Below the pieces are notes generated by a model, which was given only the letters and a program-made list of their open reading frames with translations, did not search any database and had not been told where the DNA came from. A stretch of 13,245 nt of DNA. Source: Candidatus Sigynarchaeum calidifontis. GTDB lineage: Archaea; Asgardarchaeota; Lokiarchaeia; Sigyniarchaeales; Sigyniarchaeaceae. Positions 6,440 through 13,245 of this stretch are shown here, piece after piece; within the stretch, counting starts at the first letter, position 1, and every line of letters starts with the position of its first letter. The stretch spans positions 1-13,245 of the forward strand of contig JAUQYZ020000178.1 of the NCBI GenBank assembly GCA_030587475.2, read 5' to 3'. The translations under genes were made by a program, and so were the position numbers.

Positions 6440-8752
6440 GTGAACGCGACAATGCATCCTCCGAATCCAAAAGTCGGGCGTTTTTTCGTCGTCTTTACTT
6501 TCCTCCTGGCGATCGTGACGGCCGGAGTCGGGATTGCGTTCTGCATCGAAGAGGCTTACTTGCAAGCCACGACCGGTGGGCAAGTGGAGCGGTCTATCTG
6601 GTTCGTGCACCCGACGAACGATCAACCCGCGATCGTCATCGTCCAGGACCATTATACTGCCACGGATGCGACCGAAGAATTCACCCTCGTCGTGCACGGG
6701 CTGGGAACCATGACTATCACAAGCAAGGGTGCAACGTGGCAGCAATCGGGGGGTGCTGTTCAAGTGGAGCTGCTCGGGAACATCGAGAGCATCGCGGGCG
6801 CGTCGGGCTTCAACGCGGAAACTGACCGGTTCGAGCCGTACGTGAAAGCCAAGCTGCGTGACAAGGGCGAGGCCCGGCTCGTCTGGCTCGCGATCGACAT
6901 CGAGAACGCGAGCGAGCCGTGCCCCGTCGTGTTGGTCTCCGAACACGAGATCCTCGTCAACAATTCCTTGCGGTTGCACTTGCCCGGGGAATTTGGCCAG
7001 GTCCTGACGATCAACACGACGTACCATCCGTTGCCCAATTTCCAGTTCCGGGGCGACCTCCTCATTGAACGTGAAGGAACCGGGGCGTTCGTCGCGGGCG
7101 CCAACATCGTGAACATCACGTCCGGGGTTCCCACGTCTCCGAAGGAAACGTTCGAATGGGCGAGCGGCGCGAGATGGTTGTCGGAAACGGAGACCGTCGA
7201 ACAGCAAGCTGCATCGAGCCGCACGACCGTGCCACTGGCCACGAAGGCCGGGATCGCTGCCCTCATAGCCGGATTGCCCGCGGGCTCGCCGTTCTTGTTC
7301 AGAAACGCGTCGGAACTGCCCGCCCTGCAAGCAAGGTACAACGCGCCAGCGCCTGGGATCGACGTGGCGCTCTCCGCGAAGTTGAAGAGCGACGCGTTGA
7401 TTGCCCTAAGCTATGATTTCTCCGACACGTCGATCAGCAACGTGATGAAGCGGTCGTCACAGGCGCTGAGCTTGGCGTTCGACGCGTGGCTCACGCAAAA
7501 TGCCACGAGAGCGGGCGTCGTGGCCAAGTTCTTGCTACTCATGCACGATCACATCAACCGCATCGGCGAGGATCCGAAATATCTCCACCATGGCATAAAC
7601 CTGGCAAATTATGTCCTCGCCTGGGACTTCGTGGAGACCTTGATCTCGGCCGCGAACAACACGGCAATCAAGGGAGAGATCACGGCATACGCGCGGTTCG
7701 TCGGGGATTACCTCCCCGGCTGTGGCGACAACAACTGGGAGCTGGTCGTGAGTTCGGGCACGGGGCTCGCGGGGCTGAAGCTCAAGGACGCCTCCCTGGT
7801 GCGAGCGACCCTCGAGAAGACCGATCACTATCTCCGCGAGAACGTGAAGCTGGAAGGCGGCATCTACGAGGGTCAAGGATACATCGGGTACGCGTTCTCG
7901 AGCCACAAGCGTTTCTTGATTGCTCTTGCCCGCTTCGCCGATCTCGGATTTCCCAACTATTTCGCCGACGACCGGTTCCAATCCGTGTACCGGTTCTCCG
8001 CGAGGTGTGCCACTCCCGATGGTTATTTCCCCCTGTTCGAGGATGCAGCATCGGAGACTTCGGGGGCACAGAACGCGATGATCCTGGCCCCATTCTTCGC
8101 CCGCATGGGTGGCCCCGGCGGCGACGAGCTTGCCCAGGAGTTGATGTGGCTGTATTACAAGCACTATGGCAACACGTCCGCCACGTCACCCGTCGAGCAT
8201 TTCTTGTTCGGCAACCATTCCATCGTGCCTCGTGAACCCGTGCTCGATGCAAAGGTCGTCCCCCACCCGCCATACAACGGTTGCAGTTACGTGGCTCCAG
8301 GGTCGGGCCTGGCGATGCTGCGCACGAGCTGGGCAGACAATGCATCGTACCTCGCGGTCACGGCCAAGACATTCGAGCAATCTCACGTGCACAAGGACGA
8401 GCTATGCTTCGAGTTTTGGACGAACGGCGTGAAGCAGTTAACGATGCCTGGGTATCCTGGCTGGGGCCTCGAGCACCACGACTGGACACGGACGACGGAA
8501 GCATCGAACGGAGGCGTGTTATTCGATGGCGAGGGTCAAACCGGCGATTATTGCAAGACGGGCATTGTCCAATGGCTCAGAGGTCGGCAAGTCGACTATG
8601 TTGAAATGGTAGGCGATGGAATTTACGATGCGAAGCATAATTTCTTGTTTGGCAGTGGATACGTTTGGGTCCTTCCGCTCGGGTTCGTGATATGCGGCAT
8701 CGTGATCGTGGTCGATGTATTCCTTTGGAACCGAAAACCAAGAGCCCATTGA
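6440..8752 (+). CDS. Heparinase II/III-family polysaccharide lyase-like protein with N- and C-terminal TM helices (apparently circularly permuted); start may be ATG 6452
   Basis: Toroid motifs SPFLF (HPRL-like), LAFDAWLT, LAWDF, DNNW, GGIYEGQGYIGY and TPDGYFPLFED. Beta-sandwich motifs SGLAMLRTSW, SHVHKD and TEASNGGVLFDGEGQ. TM helices at aa 15-36 and 741-763. Confidence 0.85.
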   Translation: MNATMHPPNPKVGRFFVVFTFLLAIVTAGVGIAFCIEEAYLQATTGGQVERSIWFVHPTNDQPAIVIVQDHYTATDATEEFTLVVHGLGTMTITSKGATWQQSGGAVQVELLGNIESIAGASGFNAETDRFEPYVKAKLRDKGEARLVWLAIDIENASEPCPVVLVSEHEILVNNSLRLHLPGEFGQVLTINTTYHPLPNFQFRGDLLIEREGTGAFVAGANIVNITSGVPTSPKETFEWASGARWLSETETVEQQAASSRTTVPLATKAGIAALIAGLPAGSPFLFRNASELPALQARYNAPAPGIDVALSAKLKSDALIALSYDFSDTSISNVMKRSSQALSLAFDAWLTQNATRAGVVAKFLLLMHDHINRIGEDPKYLHHGINLANYVLAWDFVETLISAANNTAIKGEITAYARFVGDYLPGCGDNNWELVVSSGTGLAGLKLKDASLVRATLEKTDHYLRENVKLEGGIYEGQGYIGYAFSSHKRFLIALARFADLGFPNYFADDRFQSVYRFSARCATPDGYFPLFEDAASETSGAQNAMILAPFFARMGGPGGDELAQELMWLYYKHYGNTSATSPVEHFLFGNHSIVPREPVLDAKVVPHPPYNGCSYVAPGSGLAMLRTSWADNASYLAVTAKTFEQSHVHKDELCFEFWTNGVKQLTMPGYPGWGLEHHDWTRTTEASNGGVLFDGEGQTGDYCKTGIVQWLRGRQVDYVEMVGDGIYDAKHNFLFGSGYVWVLPLGFVICGIVIVVDVFLWNRKPRAH

Positions 8753-8804
8753 CTATTTCCATCACGTATCTTCGCGCGATGATTCGGAGAAAGGAGCGAT
8801 AACC

Positions 8805-9752
8805 GTGGCAAGAGCATCGATCCCCGTCTATCTCGTGACCGGGTTCTTTGGCAGTGGCAAGACCACGCTTATCAACCACGTCCTCTCGACCGTGGAAAAA
8901 GATCGACGAATCGCGGTACTTGTCAACGACTTTGGCGACGTGGACATCGATTCGACGGTCATGACCGCCGGGGGAAGCGGGGTTCCCCAGGTACACAGCG
9001 TGGCCGGCGGCTCGATCTTTTGCTCGTGCCGCCACTGGGAATTCGTGACCGGCTTGCATGCCCTCGCGGATCACGGGCCCGATTTCATCATTGTCGAGGC
9101 ATCCGGGATGGCCGACCCGTCCCCCATCAAGACCGACATCAAGATCGCCTCGGACCTCGACAAGGAACACGAATACGCGTACGCGGGGGCGATCTGTCTC
9201 GTCGACGCGTCGCTGTTTTCCAACCAGCTCGGGCTCTTCCCTGTCGTTCGTCGCCAAGTCAAGCACGCCGCCATTGTCGTCGTGAATAAAATGGATTTGC
9301 TCGGCGAGATGGCAAATTCCGAGAAAGATGTGCTTGTCAAAAAGATCCGACGGATCAACAAGGGCGCACGTGTCGAGTTCACGACAAATGCTACGATCGA
9401 CCTTTCTATATTGCTACAAGCGAGCGAGGCCGGCGGGGAACAAGTCCGGCCCGACAGGAGCTTGAACGAGCCGGGGAACCAACCTGGAAAACTCGTTTTG
9501 GAATCGAGGCGAGCGCTCCCCCGCGATGCTATCATTCGCTATTACGATGCTGTGAAGGACAAGATCTTGCGATTCAAGGGCTTCTGCCTGCTCGAAGATG
9601 GGTGGTACCACGTGAATGCAGTCGGTGACCAGCTCCGATTCTCGCCCATCGCGGCGCATCGCGCGAAGTCCGAACTCGTCTGCATCTTCGTCCCCGCGGG
9701 CGAGGCCCGGCTGGCCGAGCTGCGTGATCTCTGGCAGCAATTTGCTGGATGA
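8805..9752 (+). CDS. COG0523/CobW-family (G3E) P-loop GTPase, putative metallochaperone
   Basis: Walker A GFFGSGKTT, VLVNDFG, GGSIFCSC, IVEASGMADP, CLVDA, VVNKMD, and a CobW_C-like ILRFKGF. Start reassigned to GTG 8805, which has AAGGAG at 8791-8796 and avoids overlap with the lyase gene. Confidence 0.9.
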   Translation: MARASIPVYLVTGFFGSGKTTLINHVLSTVEKDRRIAVLVNDFGDVDIDSTVMTAGGSGVPQVHSVAGGSIFCSCRHWEFVTGLHALADHGPDFIIVEASGMADPSPIKTDIKIASDLDKEHEYAYAGAICLVDASLFSNQLGLFPVVRRQVKHAAIVVVNKMDLLGEMANSEKDVLVKKIRRINKGARVEFTTNATIDLSILLQASEAGGEQVRPDRSLNEPGNQPGKLVLESRRALPRDAIIRYYDAVKDKILRFKGFCLLEDGWYHVNAVGDQLRFSPIAAHRAKSELVCIFVPAGEARLAELRDLWQQFAG

Positions 9753-9762
9753 TGGCCGGCGG

Positions 9763-11385
9763 TCAGAATGGCTTCCCCAAATCGAACAAGACGTCGTACG
9801 CGATGCTCGCGAGCAGCGATTGCCGCCGGCTTGCCGTCGGCTGGTACATGACCGAACCCCCTTGCCGGCATGCCAAAAGGAGGTCACGCAGGCCAGAGAC
9901 GCCATGCGCGGGGCCGCCGTAGACCCAGTTGCCGTTACCCGTTTGGAAGGTGCCCACGCCGTCGATCCACGAATTTGCTTGGAACAAGCGGACCATGTTC
10001 GCGCCAGCCGCGAGGGCCAAGTGGACATCGTTCACGACGCTGGTGATGTTCGGGTAAGGCGTGTAGTTGATGCAACCCAGGCACACGGCAATCGTGTCGC
10101 CCGGTCGATTGTTGACGAGGGCATTAATGCGAGCATAGTCGAAGACATAATCGGATGTCGCGGGTGTGCCGCCCCATTCGCATCCCCGGTACACCATCAT
10201 CGAGATGAAATCGAACGCGTCCGTCACGTCCCACACGGGAAGTCCCATGAGCTTTTGCCCATCGGAATCTCCATCGAACACGTCCTCGATGATCGTGTGT
10301 GTGGTCGTGCACATCAAATGGCCATCGGCACGGCACCTGTTGCCAAGGGCTCGGATCGTCGCCAGCGCGCCCGGCCAGACCTCCCCCATTTGCTTGACAC
10401 GCAGCGCGTTCCTCCCGTGTTCTGCGAGCATCTTGAACGGCTGGGGCCAGTCCTTGATGTCGTCGCTGTTGATCCCCTCCCCACCTGACTCGATGTCCCA
10501 CATCATGTAATCGACCGTGATGCCGTTCCGGACAGTCCAATTCTGGAATTTCTCGTAAAGCGTCGGCCACCTGTCGATTTCGCTGATGCTCGGATAACTT
10601 CCCTCGTTCCATTCAAATAACGGCCAGATCTCCACCTTTATTCCCCGAGCGTTCAATAATGCAATCTTGTTGGCTGCCAACTCCCCGCTAGCGTCTCCCA
10701 CGGCGAATCTATTCTCGGTAAGAGGGAATGACAAGGTCGCGTTGACCTCATCGAATATGTCGCATATGGTCTCGTTGATGCGGTCATAATCGGGGAAATA
10801 GACGAACAAGTCATAGTCTTGGGCCTGCGGAGCCGTTATCGTGAAGGCTTGCGGGGTCATGTTGGCGCTCTGGGGCGCAGCCATGAGAAATCCCATGCTC
10901 CCGTATAGGCCAGCAAAGAGGAGTAGCCCCGCGACGAGTCGCTTCCTCGCCACGTTCAATCCCTCGGTTTCCCTGTCCTTGAAGATGGCCCAGAACGCCT
11001 TGCGCATCCGCACCCAGTTCATCACGCCATCCTTTTTCCGAGCGCAATCCCAGATGTTGTACCCGGCAACGACGTCCATGAACACCGTGCCGAGGAATGG
11101 AAGGCCATAGGTCTGTCCATGACTTGCGATAAAGACCGTGAACGGAACGAGAGAAAAGATGATGAAGATTATCGAAAAGATGAATTGGAACAGCGGGTGC
11201 TTGATCAGCAGCCCGAGCAATATGAAAAAACCAGCAACGAGAAACCCGTATCCAAGAAAGCCAAGGCCTATTGCGGGCTCGATGGGCCAGGCGGCGGCCA
11301 TGCACCGGGTTATGAAAATCCCGAGGATCGCCACGAGGGGAGAGGCCCAGATGATGTAATGGAGGGTCTTCATTCCGAGCCTCAT
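9763..11385 (-). CDS. Uncharacterised membrane protein: ~5 TM helices plus an extracellular glycoside-hydrolase-like (GH18-like) TIM barrel; start may be ATG 11373
   Basis: Hydrophobic helices at about aa 8-32, 38-61, 64-87, 93-112 and 150-170. These are followed by alternating beta/alpha elements with RGIKVEIWPL, VDYMMWDIE, FDFISMMVY and IAVCLG. Confidence 0.7.
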   Translation of the reverse strand: MRLGMKTLHYIIWASPLVAILGIFITRCMAAAWPIEPAIGLGFLGYGFLVAGFFILLGLLIKHPLFQFIFSIIFIIFSLVPFTVFIASHGQTYGLPFLGTVFMDVVAGYNIWDCARKKDGVMNWVRMRKAFWAIFKDRETEGLNVARKRLVAGLLLFAGLYGSMGFLMAAPQSANMTPQAFTITAPQAQDYDLFVYFPDYDRINETICDIFDEVNATLSFPLTENRFAVGDASGELAANKIALLNARGIKVEIWPLFEWNEGSYPSISEIDRWPTLYEKFQNWTVRNGITVDYMMWDIESGGEGINSDDIKDWPQPFKMLAEHGRNALRVKQMGEVWPGALATIRALGNRCRADGHLMCTTTHTIIEDVFDGDSDGQKLMGLPVWDVTDAFDFISMMVYRGCEWGGTPATSDYVFDYARINALVNNRPGDTIAVCLGCINYTPYPNITSVVNDVHLALAAGANMVRLFQANSWIDGVGTFQTGNGNWVYGGPAHGVSGLRDLLLACRQGGSVMYQPTASRRQSLLASIAYDVLFDLGKPF

Positions 11386-11397
11386 TTATCTTGCTGG

Positions 11398-11428
11398 TAA
11401 TAAAACGTTCGAGAGGAAACCTAAATAT
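11398..11428. promoter_or_regulatory. Back-to-back archaeal-type promoters (membrane-protein gene on -, eda-kdgK on +)
   Basis: Minus strand: TTTTATTA (11405-11398) is 25 nt upstream of ATG 11373. Plus strand: purine-rich GAGAGGAAA (BRE-like) followed by CCTAAATAT (11420-11428), about 30 nt upstream of ATG 11459. Confidence 0.45.
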
Positions 11429-11458
11429 CGTTGACATGGAGATCGATCGTCATTGGCG

Positions 11459-12097
11459 ATGTACATGAGCGATCTAATCCGAGATCTCAAGAGGAGCCGG
11501 CTCGTCGCCGTCGTGGAGATCGGCGACGCAGGTTCGGCCGTGCCCCTGGCACGCGCGCTACTGGACGGCGGAGTGCATTTCATCGAAATCACATTCCGCA
11601 CGGAAAGCGCCGGGGACGCGCTGTTGGCGCTAAAAGACGCCAATACCGGGCTGCATTACGGCGCGGGCACGGTCAGGACAAAGGAACAAGCCGCGCGTGC
11701 TATAAAGGCGGGCGCCGAGTTCATGGTCGCGCCCGGCTTCAACAAGGATATAATCAAGATCGCGATCGATGCCGGGATCCCGTTCTTCCCTGGCATCGAT
11801 TCCACGCTCGGGATCGAAGCTGCATTGGAAATTGGACTCACGACCTTGAAATTCTTCCCCGCGGAAGAATCTGGGGGCGTGAAGTGGTTGAAGGCGGTAC
11901 ACGGGCCATATCCCGAGATCATGTTCATCCCAACGGGCAGCGTCTCTGCCAATAACATGAAGGAATACCTCGAGATGCCCAACGTGCTGGCCATCGGCGG
12001 CAGTTTTCTTGCCCCAAAGCAGCTCATCAAGGACAAGAAGTTCGACGAGATAACAGCAGCGTGCCAGAAAGCATCCGGGGTCGTGAAATCATTATAA
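11459..12097 (+). CDS. eda: 2-dehydro-3-deoxy-phosphogluconate (KDPG)/4-hydroxy-2-oxoglutarate aldolase, bacterial type (start may be 11465)
   Basis: AVPLARALLDGG, IEITFRT (catalytic Glu and Arg), GAGTV, AGAEFMVAPG, LKFFPAE (Schiff-base Lys), FIPTGSV and IGGSF. Confidence 0.95.
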   Translation: MYMSDLIRDLKRSRLVAVVEIGDAGSAVPLARALLDGGVHFIEITFRTESAGDALLALKDANTGLHYGAGTVRTKEQAARAIKAGAEFMVAPGFNKDIIKIAIDAGIPFFPGIDSTLGIEAALEIGLTTLKFFPAEESGGVKWLKAVHGPYPEIMFIPTGSVSANNMKEYLEMPNVLAIGGSFLAPKQLIKDKKFDEITAACQKASGVVKSL

Positions 12098-12128
12098 CAG
12101 CAATGTTATCTAGCAAAGGGAGAACGAG

Positions 12129-13178
12129 ATGGTTCAAGCAGAAAAGAAGAGGGTCGTGACCCTCGGCGAGATAATGCTCAGGTTGAAATCACCAGGGAGC
12201 GAGCGCTTGTTCCAGTCGCCAATGCTCGAGGCGACCTTCGGTGGCGGGGAGGCGAACGTGGCCATATCCCTTGCAAATTTCGGCATCGAGGCATGTTTCG
12301 TGACCGCGTTGCCCAAGAACGCGATCGGCGATGCCGTCATCGCGTTTCTTCGCTCGATGAACGTCGACACGTCGAAGATCGCCCGCCAGGGAAAGCGCGT
12401 TGGCGTGTATTATCTCGAAGGAGGGGCCGGCCCGCGCCCATCGAACGTGATCTACGATCGCGAGCACTCGGCAATGTCAGAGGCAAAGCCCGAGGACTTC
12501 AACTGGGACGAGATCCTCAGCGATGCCAGGTGGTTTCATATCACGGGCATCACGCCAGCAATCTCCGCCTCGTGTGCGGCGCTGTCGGTCGCCGCGGTCA
12601 AGAAAGCGAAGGATCGTGGGCTCACGGTTTCGTGCGACTTGAACTATCGAAAGGCCCTGTGGAAGTACGGGAAAGCAGCACCCGAGGTCATGAAGCAGTT
12701 GATGCCCCACGTGGACGTCGTCGTGGCAAACGAGGAGGACATCCAGAATGCTCTTGGTATGCAACTGGACCAGCAGATCGGAGGTACCGAGCTATCCACG
12801 GAAAAATACGAGGTGCTCGCGAAGCAAGTCCTCGCCGCGTTCGGGAACGTGGAGCTCGTCGCCATCACGCTCCGCGAGAGTTACTCGGCAGATCACAACG
12901 ATTGGTCCGCGATGTGCTGCTCGAGAACGGAAGGAAAAGCTCGCGTTTCCCGTAAGTACCGGCTTACCGACATCGTGGATCGAGTTGGTGGCGGTGACGC
13001 GTTTGCTGGCGGGCTCATCTACGGGCTCGTGAACAAGCTGGACTTGCAAACAGCACTCGAGTTTGCCGTGGCAGCTTCGGCGCTGAAGCACACGATACCT
13101 GGCGACGCGAACCGGGTCTCGATCGACGAGGTGTTGAAGCTCGTTGGGGGCGACGTCTCCGGGCGCGTGCAGCGCTAG
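12129..13178 (+). CDS. kdgK: 2-dehydro-3-deoxygluconokinase (PfkB family)
   Basis: GEIMLRL, FGGGEANVA, RPSNVIYDR, WFHITGITPA, DLNYRKALW, ANEED, DRVGGGDAFAGG (PfkB signature 2), KHTIPGD and C-terminal GRVQR. Adjacent to eda. Confidence 0.9.
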   Translation: MVQAEKKRVVTLGEIMLRLKSPGSERLFQSPMLEATFGGGEANVAISLANFGIEACFVTALPKNAIGDAVIAFLRSMNVDTSKIARQGKRVGVYYLEGGAGPRPSNVIYDREHSAMSEAKPEDFNWDEILSDARWFHITGITPAISASCAALSVAAVKKAKDRGLTVSCDLNYRKALWKYGKAAPEVMKQLMPHVDVVVANEEDIQNALGMQLDQQIGGTELSTEKYEVLAKQVLAAFGNVELVAITLRESYSADHNDWSAMCCSRTEGKARVSRKYRLTDIVDRVGGGDAFAGGLIYGLVNKLDLQTALEFAVAASALKHTIPGDANRVSIDEVLKLVGGDVSGRVQR

Positions 13179-13197
13179 GCAACAAAACAAGTTCCAA

Positions 13198-13245
13198 TCA
13201 TGCGTTCTTCTTGAGCATGCAGCATTTCTTGTACTTCTTGCCGCT
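13198..13245 (-). CDS. 3' end of a gene encoding a C-terminal SEC-C (Zn-binding) motif protein
   Basis: The reverse strand reads ...SGKKYKKCCMLKKNA-stop, the second half of the CPCGSGKKYKKCC motif. It is convergent with kdgK and followed by T-rich TTGTTTTGTT on the minus strand. Confidence 0.8.
   Translation of the reverse strand, partial: SGKKYKKCCMLKKNA

Noticed and set aside
6395-7330. 311-aa minus-strand ORF opposite the lyase N-terminal region (also 5728-6546 and 7535-8164)
   Set aside because: Antisense shadow frames, with Arg-rich or otherwise biased composition typical of GC-biased codon usage. The plus strand has coherent family motifs.
6440-8752. Lyase as a truncated pseudogene because the beta-sandwich ends early
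   Set aside because: The frame is uninterrupted, ends in a well-formed TM helix plus basic tail, retains catalytic-type residues, and the 'missing' segment appears to be present at the N-terminus.
8715-8804. N-terminal 30-aa extension of the CobW ORF
   Set aside because: It overlaps the lyase 3' end. GTG 8805 has an AAGGAG SD and gives the usual family start just before the Walker A strand.
9616-10488. 290-aa plus-strand ORF
   Set aside because: Antisense shadow of the 540-aa membrane protein that also overlaps the CobW gene. No recognisable motifs.
13198-13245. Calling the SEC-C fragment secA
   Set aside because: SEC-C motifs occur on many unrelated proteins and only 15 codons are visible.
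1-13245. CRISPR arrays, tRNA/rRNA, IS elements, long repeats
   Set aside because: No regularly spaced repeats, cloverleaf motifs, transposase or integrase ORFs, or terminal inverted repeats were seen by eye. The intergenic gaps are short (242 nt at most).

Overview
Gene-dense, moderately GC-rich prokaryotic window. TATA-like boxes in the divergent intergenic regions, mostly weak Shine-Dalgarno signals and N-glycosylation sequons concentrated in surface proteins suggest an archaeon, possibly Asgard/Lokiarchaeia-like (inference only). From left to right: the 5' part of a glycyl-radical/PFL-family gene (-, missed by the ORF track); a saccharopine-dehydrogenase-like oxidoreductase (+); a GGR/FixC-like flavoprotein and glycerophosphodiesterase pair (-); a + strand run of a membrane-anchored GH36/GH27-like glycosidase, a Heparinase II/III-family polysaccharide lyase and a COG0523 GTPase; a ~5-TM protein carrying a GH18-like TIM barrel (-); bacterial-type eda-kdgK (+); and the SEC-C tail of a convergent gene. 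The most striking signal is the lyase. Its domain order looks circularly permuted relative to known PL12/15/17/21 enzymes, with a transmembrane helix on each new terminus. It sits in what looks like a surface-anchored polysaccharide/uronate utilisation locus. No RNA genes, CRISPR arrays or mobile elements were recognised.
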